Numbered from the stretch's first letter, positions 8,031-17,745 are shown. The stretch: 40,784 nucleotides of DNA from Acidobacteriota bacterium (GCA_016199665.1 JACQGG010000040.1:1-40784); one strand, 5' to 3'. Numbers and translations: made by a program. The notes: generated by a model from the sequence alone, not told the origin.

Positions 8031-10162
8031 GCCATGCCGCTCTGCGGTTCCTTTCCAACCGGGAGAATGATTTCAAACCGGGTCCCTTTTCCCGGCTCGC
8101 TCTGGACCCGGATTTGCCCATTGTGCTGCTTGATAATCCCGTAGCTGATGCTCAGTCCAAGACCGGTTCCCTCTCCCGTCTTTTTAGTGGTAAAAAACGG
8201 TTCGAAGATCTTGTTCAAGTGTTCTTTGGGAATTCCGGCGCCGTTATCTTCAAATTCGACAATCACGCTGCCATCCTTCGACAGCGTCCGGATCCACACA
8301 TCCCCTTTGTCCAGAATAGCCTGGCAGGCGTTGCTGAGAATATTCATAAAGACTTGCCCCAGCTGACCTGCGTAAGCGCGAATCTTGGGCAGCGTTCCAT
8401 ACTGCCGGTGAATCTGGATGCGTTCGCGGTAAAGGTTTTTCAGCAGGCTCAGCGCCACCTCGATGGAGGCTTCCACGTCGGTATCGCTCACTTCGTGCGT
8501 ATCCAGCCGGGAAAAGCTCCTCAGATCGGAAATAATGGCGTGGATCCGCTTGGCGCCTTCCTCGAAGTTGTCGATCAAGTTGTTCAGGTCCTCGATCACA
8601 AAATCAAAGTTCATGGCCCGCTTTTCCAGCGCAAGCGATTCCCGATCCTCCTGGCTGAACGATCTCAGCTTCTCGCAAAAAACCAGCAAACTCTTCAGTT
8701 TGGTCACATAGTCCCGGAGAAATTCGGTGTTGCCGTAAATAAAATTCAAAGGGTTCTTGATTTCGTGCGCGATACCGGCCACCAACTGCCCGAGCGACGC
8801 CATCTTCTCGGACTGAATCAACTGCGCCTGGGTCTGTTGCAATTCCTGATAAGCCTGTGTGAGCTCGGTGTTGGACTGCTGCAGGGCGACCGTGCGCTCT
8901 TGAATGATGCATTCCAGGTTTCGATTCAGCTCCAACAAAGCCTGGCTCCGCTCCTGCAGCGAATCCGCCATCCCATTAAACGCTCGTGCCAGCTCTTCCA
9001 GTTCGTCACCGGTCCGAACATCCACGCGGCCGCTGAAGTCCCCGGCTGAAAACACCGATGCCGTTGAGGTGAGTTTCTTCAGCGGAACGGTGATGCCGCG
9101 GCTGATCCCGTATACCAGAATGACAACCAAGGCGGCTGACACTGCCGTGGCGAAAAGGAGCACAGTGCGCATCTCGTTGACCGGAGCAAAGATGTCCGAA
9201 TAGTTGATCCCCACTCCGCCGGTCCACCCGAAAAAGGAGTTGAGCGGCGCCAAGCCGGAAATTTTTTTCGTTCCCAGGGGATATTCGTAGTCGTAATGCT
9301 TTTCCACCCGCGTCACTGCGTCACTGAGGTTTTTCAGGCGATGATCTTCCACCAACCGGGTTCCATAGTTGTCCTGAGGCGACTCCTGCACTTCCGTGCC
9401 GGAGTAGGTCCGGTTCCTCCGATACTTGTGGCCAATGATGGTATTGTGATCATTCTTGAAGAGAAACGCGTAACCGGAGCTTAGCTGGTGGACGCTGAGG
9501 TCACGCTCCACCTGATCCAGAATCTCCTGGATATACTGCCAGTTGATCAGCGTCAGCAATACCCCGACGGTCCGCTGCGTCATTCGGCTCCGAATGGGAA
9601 TGGCAAACCCGATCTGGTACTGGTTCATGATGTCCTGGTTGCCATAGTCGTAAACTGCCTTTACAAAAGGGGACTGGTGCCAGTCGATGTAGCCGACGTT
9701 TCCTTCCGTCGCCGTTTCAAACCACTCTTCCGACGGCGACGGTTTCAGGCGCAGAAGGACCGAGAGTTCGCCCGAAGCAAACGGCGCCCCCTGGCGGCTT
9801 CGGGTGTTACACAAACGCATATTCCCGTCGCTATCGAAGACCAGAATCAGATCATAAACCTGATGCAGCAGGATCAGCTTGTCCAGCAGCGCTCGAGTCT
9901 GCGCAATCGCTCGCCGGTGCTCCAGGGCTTCGGCGAACAGGTCGTTCAATTCCATGGAAAGCGCTTCCTCGCGTTTCTCCAAAAGTGTCAGGTCGATCTT
10001 GTCGGCCGTGTCCTGCGCCAGTTGCTCCAGGTAAAGCGTGATGCGGTCTTCCGTGATCCGCTTCTGAGCCCTGAAATAAGAAAACGAAGAGATGAAGATG
10101 AGGGGAATAAGCGAGGAGGGCAAAATATAAAGCAACAGCTTGTTTTTCAAGCTCTTAGACAT
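8027..10162 (-). CDS. Sensor histidine kinase with a large periplasmic (Cache-like) domain, HAMP, HisKA and HATPase_c
   Basis: TM1 [22 protein letters not shown], about 300 aa extracytoplasmic, TM2 [24 protein letters not shown] ..[29 protein letters not shown]..; H-box [16 protein letters not shown]; G-boxes ..DNGAGIP.., ..[12 protein letters not shown]... Confidence 0.9.
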   Translation of the reverse strand: MSKSLKNKLLLYILPSSLIPLIFISSFSYFRAQKRITEDRITLYLEQLAQDTADKIDLTLLEKREEALSMELNDLFAEALEHRRAIAQTRALLDKLILLHQVYDLILVFDSDGNMRLCNTRSRQGAPFASGELSVLLRLKPSPSEEWFETATEGNVGYIDWHQSPFVKAVYDYGNQDIMNQYQIGFAIPIRSRMTQRTVGVLLTLINWQYIQEILDQVERDLSVHQLSSGYAFLFKNDHNTIIGHKYRRNRTYSGTEVQESPQDNYGTRLVEDHRLKNLSDAVTRVEKHYDYEYPLGTKKISGLAPLNSFFGWTGGVGINYSDIFAPVNEMRTVLLFATAVSAALVVILVYGISRGITVPLKKLTSTASVFSAGDFSGRVDVRTGDELEELARAFNGMADSLQERSQALLELNRNLECIIQERTVALQQSNTELTQAYQELQQTQAQLIQSEKMASLGQLVAGIAHEIKNPLNFIYGNTEFLRDYVTKLKSLLVFCEKLRSFSQEDRESLALEKRAMNFDFVIEDLNNLIDNFEEGAKRIHAIISDLRSFSRLDTHEVSDTDVEASIEVALSLLKNLYRERIQIHRQYGTLPKIRAYAGQLGQVFMNILSNACQAILDKGDVWIRTLSKDGSVIVEFEDNGAGIPKEHLNKIFEPFFTTKKTGEGTGLGLSISYGIIKQHNGQIRVQSEPGKGTRFEIILPVGKEPQSGMA

Positions 10163-10238
10163 CGGCGCCTAGCCACTGTCAGTTTCTTATACATCACTAA
10201 ACCACGATTCGTCAAAATTCTTTACATTGGTGGGGTAT

Positions 10239-10941
10239 TCAACACTTGGGAGAAGCCTGCCGACCGCGCCCAGGACCGGTACAGGTCGTCTGGTGACCCA
10301 AGACTTTTTTCCTTACCGTCGCGCTTTCGATAAACGGCACATCCGGATCGTAGCCGGTGCCGGGTCCCAGCGGGACCTCAATCTGACCCTCGACGGAAGC
10401 CTCAACCGCGCGCGTGGTGGTGTCCTTGCGGTAGTAGCGGCGGCTGGCTGAAACATCTCCCGGTATCGTAAAGCCGGGGAGGCTTGACAACGCAATGTTA
10501 TGTGCACGGCCGATTCCGGTCTCAAGCATGCCGCCGCACCAGACCGGCACCCCTTGCGCCAGGCAGAGGTCATGAATCCGCTTGGCTGACGCGAATCCGC
10601 CCACCCTGCCGAGCTTGATATTGATAATGCGGCAGCTTCCCAGCGTGAGCGCGGCCTTTGCGTCGTAGTAAGACCGGATGGATTCGTCCAGACAGATCGG
10701 AGTCTTCAGGCACTCCTGTAGCCTCGCGTGCTCCAGAAGATCGTCATGGCGCAAGGGCTGTTCGATCATCATCAAGTCAAGGGTTTTCCGGCGCAGTGCA
10801 TTCACCCCATCCGCTGAACGGGTCGCCAGCTCCAAGCTGCAGCAGCAGAATCCTCCGCAAGTGAGTTCGCCCGAAACTCGTTTCAAAGCCATGCACCAGA
10901 GGGAGTCGGATTTCCCGAAGTGTGATGCATTCAATCTTCAT
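10239..10941 (-). pseudogene. o-Succinylbenzoate synthase / N-acyl(succinyl)amino-acid racemase (enolase superfamily) with ~150-codon internal deletion and frameshift
   Basis: ATG 10941 opens [54 protein letters not shown], then stop at 10777-10779. A second frame resumes at about 10805 with ..[60 protein letters not shown]... Together this is about 230 aa against about 370 aa for the family. The KxK strand and the first metal-binding Asp are absent. Confidence 0.7.
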
Positions 10942-11794
10942 GGCGCTCCAGGAGATAGAAGGTGCGGCGCAGTCGGTAATCCTCAACGGGCAGCAGCTCG
11001 AGCGAGCGGACCAGAGCCTTGATCCGATAGCCCCGGTCGAAGCAGCGCAAGAAGGCGCCGCGGGTCGCCTCCCGCCACCGGCAGGCCGCGTCCCGGTCCA
11101 GCTTCTTGAGAAGTTGAGTGTCCGGAGGAGCCTCGACGAGAAGTTGCCGCTCGGCTGAATCCAGCTCACCGGTTCCCGGCACAAAACGGTCTCGGCCGGA
11201 CCAGCTCAAGACCCGGCGCAGCCGCTGCCAATCAGGCGGAACAGGGTCTTCCCCGCTGAGAATTCTTTCGGTCCGAGGCTGGCCAATAAGCCACTCGACG
11301 AGAAAGCGATCGGTCCCCAGCCCGCTGTGAAGATCGCTGCTGGTCCGCTCCCCGTACAGGTTCACGAAATAGGTGTTGCTGACGGCGCCCAGGCGGTTCA
11401 GGTTGAGGAATGCATTCTTTGTTTCCAGCGGGTCAAACGTCCAGGTGATCACCGGGATGTTCCGCGCCACCGCATCCCGATACTGTGCCAGCTTCATGCG
11501 GCGACCCAGACCTTGATCACGATACTCCTGCAGAACCGCCAGCATGTGTGAATGTTGGGCAAACCTGTTGTCATGAAGACTGGGGATCGCAAACAGGAAG
11601 GCGATCATGGCCTCCCCGTCAAACGCTCCCAGGGCCAGACCTCCATGCTGTTGCACCACGATCATCAGCCGGGCGGGAACCGTGTCGCGGTGATCAAATC
11701 CCCAGACAATCTTCTGCAGATCCACGCATCGTTCAAACTCCGCGGGAAGCCGCAGGTGTCGAATCACCCATTGCGGCCCTTCCTCAAGCGGCAT
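10931..11794 (-). CDS. GNAT-fold N-acyltransferase-like protein (N-terminal GNAT domain plus C-terminal extension)
   Basis: ..[67 protein letters not shown].. resembles the GNAT acyl-CoA binding core. It overlaps the start of the OSBS/NSAR remnant by 11 nt. Family assignment is from memory of motif style only. Confidence 0.6.
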   Translation of the reverse strand: MPLEEGPQWVIRHLRLPAEFERCVDLQKIVWGFDHRDTVPARLMIVVQQHGGLALGAFDGEAMIAFLFAIPSLHDNRFAQHSHMLAVLQEYRDQGLGRRMKLAQYRDAVARNIPVITWTFDPLETKNAFLNLNRLGAVSNTYFVNLYGERTSSDLHSGLGTDRFLVEWLIGQPRTERILSGEDPVPPDWQRLRRVLSWSGRDRFVPGTGELDSAERQLLVEAPPDTQLLKKLDRDAACRWREATRGAFLRCFDRGYRIKALVRSLELLPVEDYRLRRTFYLLERHED

Positions 11795-12101
11795 TGGATT
11801 CTGCCTCTAGTGTCGCGTCCGGTAAATACACAACCCTTTGCGGATGGGGCTTGCGAGGGGGGCTCGAGCGACCAAGAGATCAGCCGCAACCCCCATCCGC
11901 CCGAAGGGTTGCATCGGATCGGCCCCGCTTTCTTTGTCGCTCCTCCTCACACCATCCCGGTGCCTCGTCACCGCACGACGCAGATTCTAGGAGCCTGTCC
12001 TTGAATTAACAACAGTCGCGTTCCACCGGATTCGCAAATCCCCTAGGGGCCGCAGTTATATCCTCCACAAGGAGATCGGGACACGGAATTGCCGTGGTAG
12101 A

Positions 12102-12413
12102 ATGGAACAAATTATGAAAGGACTAAGAAACGGTCGTTTGGAGCAAGCCCTTGCGGCCATGGCCAGGAATCAGGGGCATCTCCTCAACAGCCAGATCAAT
12201 CTTCTGGCTTCTATGGCCCGCGCAGACAAGCGGTTCGCCCGCAACGACGAGAAATGGGCCCGCAACGACGAGAAATGGGCCCGCAACGACGAGCGGTTTG
12301 CTCGCATCGACAGGGAGCTTGCCGATATAAAAGCGATCCTTCTGCGCCACGAGCGGATCCTTCAGTCACTTCCCGAAGCGATCCGTCAAAAGGTTGGCTT
12401 TAAGCCGCGCTGA
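12102..12413 (+). CDS. Small (103 aa) coiled-coil-like protein containing five tandem heptads (ARxD[EK][RK][FWL])
   Basis: ATG 12102 (alternative ATG 12114). Sequence ..MARADKRF ARNDEKW ARNDEKW ARNDERF ARIDREL ADIKAILLRHERILQSL... The repeat is in frame, and a GC-rich hairpin lies just after the stop. No family recognised. Confidence 0.55.
   Translation: MEQIMKGLRNGRLEQALAAMARNQGHLLNSQINLLASMARADKRFARNDEKWARNDEKWARNDERFARIDRELADIKAILLRHERILQSLPEAIRQKVGFKPR
12216..12320 (+). repeat. Five tandem 21-bp units; units 2 and 3 are identical (gcccgcaacgacgagaaatgg)
   Basis: Read directly. Units: 12216-12236, 12237-12257, 12258-12278 (identical to the previous unit), 12279-12299 (first 15 nt identical), 12300-12320 (diverged). 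Confidence 0.9.
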
Positions 12414-12427
12414 AGGAAGGTTGCCGC

Positions 12428-12446
12428 GGCGGGTTCGTAACCCGCC
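12428..12446 (+). terminator. GC-rich hairpin GGCGGGTT-cgt-AACCCGCC after the small ORF (no U-tract)
   Basis: Perfect 8-bp stem with a 3-nt loop, 15 nt after the stop codon. No T-run follows, so intrinsic-terminator function is uncertain. Confidence 0.35.
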
Positions 12447-12536
12447 AACTCCATGGCCTTCCGTTCCGGTTTGGGACCGCGCTGCCCGGTGCGGACTGCC
12501 CATTTGGTTTTCCATGCGGTACCATAGCGTCTCTTT

Positions 12537-13457
12537 ATGAAGAACAGGCTGCAGCCCTGCACACCGGGCATAACCGGCGCGGCGCCACCGGGCCAAATCC
12601 GCTTCCGGCAAAACTTCGTCGAACTGCTGCGCATGATCAACTTCGAACATACCGTTTTCGCCCTGCCTTTTGCCTATCTCGGCGCCTTCATTGCACGCGG
12701 CGTGCCCACCGGGCGCCAGATGCTCTGGATCACCCTGGCCATGTTCGGGGCACGCACCGGCGCCCTGTGCTTCAACCGCCTGGTCGACGCCGACATTGAC
12801 GCGCTTAACCCCCGGACGCAAATGCGGGCTCTTCCTGCGGGCAGGCTCTCGCGGCGCTTTGTAATTCAGTTCACCGCTTTCTCCATCGTCCTGTTGCTAT
12901 ATTCCGCTTTTAAGTTGAATGTGCTCTGCTTTCTCCTTAGTCCGGTGGCAGTGGGTATCATTTTTTTCTATTCCTTTACCAAGCGCTTTACCTGGCTGTC
13001 TCACATTTTTTTGGGACTGTCGCTGGCGGTCGCGCCGCTGGGAGGCTGGATCGCAGTCAGCGGCCAACTGGGACTCCTGGCGCTGCTGCTGGCCGCAGTC
13101 GTGGGACTGTGGGTGGCGGGATTTGACATCATTTATGCCTGTCAGGACACCGAGTTTGACCGGCAACACCGCGTGCATTCCTTGCCGCAGGCAATCGGGA
13201 TCGGTCCGGCACTGGCAGTTTCTGCACTGCTGCACCTTTTGATGATGCCTCTTCTGTTTGCGATTTATTGGCAGGTGGGACTTGGGACACTGACCCTGGC
13301 GGGTATTCTCGTCACTCTGGTCCTGGTCGGTTATGAGCACTGGATCGTGCGCCCCTCGGACCTGTCCCGGGTCAACGCCGCTTTTTTCACCATCAACGGG
13401 ATCGTCAGCATTCTGCTTTTTCTGGCGATCGGACTGGATATCACCTGGGCCAACTAG
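12537..13457 (+). CDS. UbiA-family aromatic prenyltransferase (4-hydroxybenzoate polyprenyltransferase-like; possibly the menaquinone/futalosine-type enzyme)
   Basis: ..INFEHTVFALPFAYLGA.., first Asp-rich motif NRLVDADIDALNPRTQMRALPAGRLS, second motif ..DIIYACQDTEFD.., about 8 predicted TM helices. Confidence 0.85.
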   Translation: MKNRLQPCTPGITGAAPPGQIRFRQNFVELLRMINFEHTVFALPFAYLGAFIARGVPTGRQMLWITLAMFGARTGALCFNRLVDADIDALNPRTQMRALPAGRLSRRFVIQFTAFSIVLLLYSAFKLNVLCFLLSPVAVGIIFFYSFTKRFTWLSHIFLGLSLAVAPLGGWIAVSGQLGLLALLLAAVVGLWVAGFDIIYACQDTEFDRQHRVHSLPQAIGIGPALAVSALLHLLMMPLLFAIYWQVGLGTLTLAGILVTLVLVGYEHWIVRPSDLSRVNAAFFTINGIVSILLFLAIGLDITWAN

Positions 13458-13458
13458 G

Positions 13459-15216
13459 ATGTTCAACCGGCTGGGCGAAATTCTGCTGAAGAAACAGGCG
13501 ATCACCACCGACCAGCTTGACGACGCGCTCGCCTGCCAGCGCCAGCGCGGCGGAAGGCTCGGTTCGATTCTGATCGCCAAAGGATACGTTTCGGATGACG
13601 AAATTGCTTCGGTGCTGAGCCTGCAGTACGACGTTCCTTCGGTCAATCTGCGGTTCACCGACATCCGTCCCGAAGCGATTCAGCTGGTCCCGATCGAAAT
13701 TGCAATCAAGTATCAGGTGCTGCCCATTGCCCGCATCGGCTCCACGCTCACCGTGGCCATCACCGACCCAACCAACATGATGGCCATGGACGATCTGAAG
13801 TTCATGACCGGCCTGCACGTCGAACCGGTGATCGCTTCCGAAAGCTCCATCCAGGAGGCCATAGAAAAATATTACGGCACCAGTTACCACCTGGAGCTGA
13901 AGCGCGTCTACGAGCAGATTGACGCCAAGGACCGCGACCAGAAAGAAAAAGAGGAATACCAGTTGGAGGTGGAAGAGGAAGAAAAAGAGCTCAGCATTGA
14001 GCAACTGCAGCACTCGGGTGAAGAGGCGCCCATTATCCGGCTGGTCAATATGATTCTATATGACGCCATTCGGCGCGGGGCCAGCGACATCCATGTCGAA
14101 CCTTATGAGAAGGAGTATCGCGTCCGCTACCGGATCGATGGGATCCTGTACAATATCATGTCGCCGCCGCTGCGCATGCGTGACGCGATCACCTCGCGCC
14201 TGAAGATCATGTCCAAGCTGGACATTGCGGAAAAAAGGCTTCCCCAGGACGGGCGCATCAAGATTCGAATCAACGTGAACGGAGTCACCAAGGGGATCGA
14301 TTTCCGCGTCTCGGTACTACCGACACTCTTCGGCGAGAAGATTGTTCTCCGCATCCTGGACAAGGAAAACCTCCCCTTGGACCTGCACAAGCTCGGGTTT
14401 GAACCGAGCTCTTTGAGTAAATTTGAGCGTGCCATCGCCCAGCCGTACGGAATGGTGCTGGTAACCGGGCCGACCGGGAGCGGCAAAACCAGCACCTTGT
14501 ACACCTGCATCCACAAGCTCAATGTGCCCGGCGTCAACATCATGACCGCGGAAGATCCCGTGGAGTTCAACTTCCCCGGCATCAACCAAGTCCACGTCAG
14601 GGAGCATATCGGGCTCACGTTTGCCGCGGCGCTGCGCTCCTTCCTCCGGCAGGACCCCAACATCATCCTGCTCGGCGAGATCCGGGACTTTGAAACGGCC
14701 GAAATCGCAATCAAGTCCGCTCTCACCGGACACCTCGTCCTCAGCACCCTGCACACCAATGACGCTCCCTCCAGCGTTACCCGATTGCTGAACATGGGCA
14801 TCGAGCCGTTCCTGGTGGCCACTTCCGTCAATTTGATCTGCGCGCAGCGCCTGGTGCGAAAAGTCTGCGCCGATTGTCGCAAAGAAGAGGTCACGCCGGT
14901 TAAAGCACTCGTGGACATCGGGTTCAGCCCGGACGAGGCCGCCCTGATCCGGACTTTCCGAGGGGAGGGTTGCAGAAGCTGCAACAATACCGGGTATCGG
15001 GGTCGCATCGGGCTTTACGAGGTCATGGATATTTCCCCTCCGCTTCGGGACATGATCCTCACGGGAGTCTCCGCCACGGATATCAAGGTCCAGGCGAGTG
15101 AGGAGGGGATGTTGACGTTGCGTGAAAGCGGGCTGTGCAAAATCCGGCAAGGCGTGACCACCGTCGAAGAAGTTCTGCGCGAAACTGCCTGGCTTGATGC
15201 CCGGGCACGCAGCTAA
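13459..15216 (+). CDS. pilB: Type IV pilus assembly (extension) ATPase PilB / GspE family
   Basis: ATG 13459, 1 nt after the UbiA stop. N-terminal GspE_N domain (LGEILLKKQAITTDQLDDAL..); Walker A GPTGSGKT; ..LRQDPNIILLGEIRD..; ..TGHLVLSTLHTN..; tetracysteine CADCRKE..CRSCNNTGYRGR. The track start at 13333 overlaps ubiA and was not used. Confidence 0.95.
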   Translation: MFNRLGEILLKKQAITTDQLDDALACQRQRGGRLGSILIAKGYVSDDEIASVLSLQYDVPSVNLRFTDIRPEAIQLVPIEIAIKYQVLPIARIGSTLTVAITDPTNMMAMDDLKFMTGLHVEPVIASESSIQEAIEKYYGTSYHLELKRVYEQIDAKDRDQKEKEEYQLEVEEEEKELSIEQLQHSGEEAPIIRLVNMILYDAIRRGASDIHVEPYEKEYRVRYRIDGILYNIMSPPLRMRDAITSRLKIMSKLDIAEKRLPQDGRIKIRINVNGVTKGIDFRVSVLPTLFGEKIVLRILDKENLPLDLHKLGFEPSSLSKFERAIAQPYGMVLVTGPTGSGKTSTLYTCIHKLNVPGVNIMTAEDPVEFNFPGINQVHVREHIGLTFAAALRSFLRQDPNIILLGEIRDFETAEIAIKSALTGHLVLSTLHTNDAPSSVTRLLNMGIEPFLVATSVNLICAQRLVRKVCADCRKEEVTPVKALVDIGFSPDEAALIRTFRGEGCRSCNNTGYRGRIGLYEVMDISPPLRDMILTGVSATDIKVQASEEGMLTLRESGLCKIRQGVTTVEEVLRETAWLDARARS

Positions 15217-15356
15217 CCCTTCTTCCGGTGACGGCTGTCACCGAGACCGCAGGCGATAATGGAACACAAGGCCTGAGTACTGGTTCGCGATTTTGGAAAG
15301 CGGCCGCAGGCCGCCGCCGAAAACAAATCGTGCAGGAAAACAGGTAGGAGTCGCGC

Positions 15357-16454
15357 ATGCCAAGTCTGGCAGAGCTGCTGCAGAAGCTGGTTGATCTTAA
15401 CGGTTCGGATCTTCACCTGGGAACCCACACGTCTCCTCGGATCCGGGTGGACGGAAAACTGCTGCCTCTGGAGGGCCCCCCCTTGACGCCCTCCGAGGCC
15501 AAAGCGCTCGCCTACAGCGTGATGTCCGACGCGCAGAAATACAAGTTCGAAGAACAAATGGAGATTGACTTTAGCTTCGGCATCAAAGGGCTGGCGCGCT
15601 TTCGCGCCAATGTCTTTACCCAGCGGGGCGCCGTCTCCGCCGTGTTTCGCCTCATTCCCTTTGAGATCAAATCCTTTGAGCAACTTGGCCTGCCGCCCGT
15701 CGTGGCGGGCCTATGCTGCAAACCCCGCGGGCTGGTGCTGGTCACCGGCCCCACGGGCAGCGGCAAATCGACGACTTTGGCCGCCATGGTCGACAAGATC
15801 AACAGCGAGCGAAATCAGCACATCATCACCATTGAAGACCCGATCGAATTTCTGCACTCCCACAAGAACTGCGTGGTGAGCCAGCGGGAAGTGAACAGCG
15901 ACACGCGTTCCTTTGCAAGCGCTCTGCGCGTGGCCTTGCGCGAGGATCCCGATGTGGTGCTCATCGGTGAGATGCGCGACCTGGAGACCATTGAATGCGC
16001 GCTGCGTATCGCTGAAACCGGCCATTTGACCCTGGCCACCCTGCACACCAATTCCGCAGCCTCGACCATCCATCGCGTGGTCGATGTTTTCCCTCCCCAC
16101 CAGCAGTCACAAGTCCGGGCCCAGCTTTCAATGGTTCTCGAAGGAATCCTCTGCCAGGCGCTGATCCCTCGCGCCAGCGGCGAAAGCCGGGTGATGGCCC
16201 TGGAAATCTTGGTCCCAAGCCCCGCGATTCGAAATCTGATTCGTGAGGACAAGATCCACCAAGTTTATTCCGCAATGCAGACGGGACAGGAGAAATTTGG
16301 AATGCAGACCATGAATCAGGCCTTGGCTTCACTTCATCGGAGCAGACAGATTACGCTGGATGAATGCCTGGCCTGTTCTTCCAACCCCGATGAGCTCAGG
16401 GAAATGATCCGGCGCGGCGCCTCTCTGCCGCAACCCCACTACCAATTCGGCTAG
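15357..16454 (+). CDS. pilT: Type IV pilus retraction ATPase (twitching motility protein)
   Basis: ..LVDLNGSDLHL.., Walker A GPTGSGKST, ..REDPDVVLIGEMRD.., ..TGHLTLATLHTN.., PilT-signature AIRNLIREDKIHQ. GGAG lies 6 nt upstream of the ATG. Confidence 0.95.
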   Translation: MPSLAELLQKLVDLNGSDLHLGTHTSPRIRVDGKLLPLEGPPLTPSEAKALAYSVMSDAQKYKFEEQMEIDFSFGIKGLARFRANVFTQRGAVSAVFRLIPFEIKSFEQLGLPPVVAGLCCKPRGLVLVTGPTGSGKSTTLAAMVDKINSERNQHIITIEDPIEFLHSHKNCVVSQREVNSDTRSFASALRVALREDPDVVLIGEMRDLETIECALRIAETGHLTLATLHTNSAASTIHRVVDVFPPHQQSQVRAQLSMVLEGILCQALIPRASGESRVMALEILVPSPAIRNLIREDKIHQVYSAMQTGQEKFGMQTMNQALASLHRSRQITLDECLACSSNPDELREMIRRGASLPQPHYQFG

Positions 16455-16465
16455 GGAGCGCACCC

Positions 16466-17683
16466 ATGCCTGTCTATCATTACACTGGCAAAAGATACGG
16501 CAGCAACCTGCCGGTCAGGGGAGAAAGGTTCGCCCAAAGCAAACAAAACCTGGCAGCGCTGCTCCGCAGTGAGCAGACCTTGCCGATTGCCATCCGGGAA
16601 AAAGGTTTGGGGCTTTCCCTTCCCCGCCTGCGCGGCCAGGCGAGCGATAAGGATCTGGCCGTGTTCACCCGGCAGTTTTCAGTGATGCTGAATGCCGGCC
16701 TCCCCCTGGTCCAGTGCCTGGAGATTATCGCCACGCAGCAGGGAAACCGCGCATTCCGGGACGTCTTGCTTCAAGTGCGCAACGACGTTGAAGCAGGCGC
16801 TTCCCTGGCCGACGCCATGAGGCGGCATCCCCGAACGTTCGACAATCTTTTTGTCAACATGGTCGCCGCGGGAGAAGCGGCCGGTATCCTGGACGCGATT
16901 CTCCAGCGTCTTACCGCTTTTGTGGAAAAAACGATGAAACTGAAGCGCTCTTTGCGCTCCGCGTCCATCTATCCGGTCACCATCCTTCTGGTGGCAGCAG
17001 GCGTCGTGTCAATCATTCTGCTGAAAGTGATCCCCGTGTTCGCGACGTTGTTTGAAGGACTGGGAGCCGATCTCCCCCTCCCGACGCTGATCGTGATTCG
17101 ACTGAGCCACTTTCTGGGCCGCTTCTTCCTGTTTTGGGTCGCGGGGGCGGCTTTGGCGGTTGCAGGTCTGCGTTATTGCTACAGAACGGAAGGCGGGAGG
17201 ATAGGGATCGACAGGCTGTTGCTGGCGCTTCCCTTCTTTGGCCTGGTTCTGAAGAAAATCGCCGTAGCCCGGTTCTCGCGAACACTGGCGACTTTGATGG
17301 TCAGCGGAATTCCCATCCTGGAGGGTCTGGAAATTACAGCGCGCACTGCAGGCAACAAGATCATCGAGCAGGCGCTGGTCAAGACGCGGAAAGCGGTGGA
17401 GGAAGGCAAGACCGTGGTGGAGACACTGCGACAGTCCACCCTGTTCCCGCCCATGGTGGTTCAAATGGTCGGAGTGGGGGAACAGACAGGCGAACTGGAC
17501 CAGATGCTCTTAAAGATCGCCGACTACTACGAGGAGGAAGCGGATGCGGCCATCGCCAACTTCCTCACGTTGCTGGAACCGATGCTGATCGTATTCCTTG
17601 GAGCCGTCGTGGGCGGCATCGTCGTTTCCATGTATTTGCCGCTGTTCAGCATGATTGCCAAGCTCTCACACCCGATCGGCTAG
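16466..17683 (+). CDS. pilC: Type IV pilus inner-membrane platform protein PilC (GspF family)
   Basis: Two GspF repeats (..FTRQFSVMLNAGLPLVQCLEI.. and ..FSRTLATLMVSGIPILEGLEI..), three TM segments, C-terminal ..LEPMLIVFLGAVVGGIVVSMYLPLF... Confidence 0.95.
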   Translation: MPVYHYTGKRYGSNLPVRGERFAQSKQNLAALLRSEQTLPIAIREKGLGLSLPRLRGQASDKDLAVFTRQFSVMLNAGLPLVQCLEIIATQQGNRAFRDVLLQVRNDVEAGASLADAMRRHPRTFDNLFVNMVAAGEAAGILDAILQRLTAFVEKTMKLKRSLRSASIYPVTILLVAAGVVSIILLKVIPVFATLFEGLGADLPLPTLIVIRLSHFLGRFFLFWVAGAALAVAGLRYCYRTEGGRIGIDRLLLALPFFGLVLKKIAVARFSRTLATLMVSGIPILEGLEITARTAGNKIIEQALVKTRKAVEEGKTVVETLRQSTLFPPMVVQMVGVGEQTGELDQMLLKIADYYEEEADAAIANFLTLLEPMLIVFLGAVVGGIVVSMYLPLFSMIAKLSHPIG

Positions 17684-17745
17684 TGCCCTGCGTAAAATGA
17701 ATTTGACCGCCACCGCACCCAATTCATGAAACAGAGTATTGGGTA

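Noticed and set aside
6555-8144. 529-aa plus-strand ORF
   Set aside because: It lies entirely antisense to the well-supported NtrC-family regulator and the end of the kinase gene. It has Arg/Gly/Leu-rich, low-complexity composition and no family motifs. This is the usual mirror ORF of high-GC genes.
8114-10333. Plus-strand ORFs 8114..9049 (311 aa) and 9488..10333 (281 aa)
   Set aside because: Antisense to the sensor kinase gene, whose HAMP, HisKA and HATPase motifs are unambiguous on the minus strand.
10942-11184. 81-codon N-terminal extension of ORF 10777..11184
   Set aside because: It lies inside the GNAT gene in another frame. OSBS/NSAR homology begins only at MKIECITL (ATG 10941), so the extension is an ORF-calling artefact.
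12897-15150. Minus-strand ORFs 12897..13664, 13441..14013, 14127..15008 and 14317..15150
   Set aside because: All are antisense to the ubiA-like and pilB genes, which carry clear family motifs. Their compositions are biased (Arg/Ser/Pro-rich).
15227-15320. Short hairpins GGTGAC-ggct-GTCACC and GCGGCC-gca-GGCCGC between pilB and pilT
   Set aside because: The stems are only 6 bp with no U-tract, and such hairpins are expected by chance in GC-rich DNA. They are not convincing as a terminator or attenuator.
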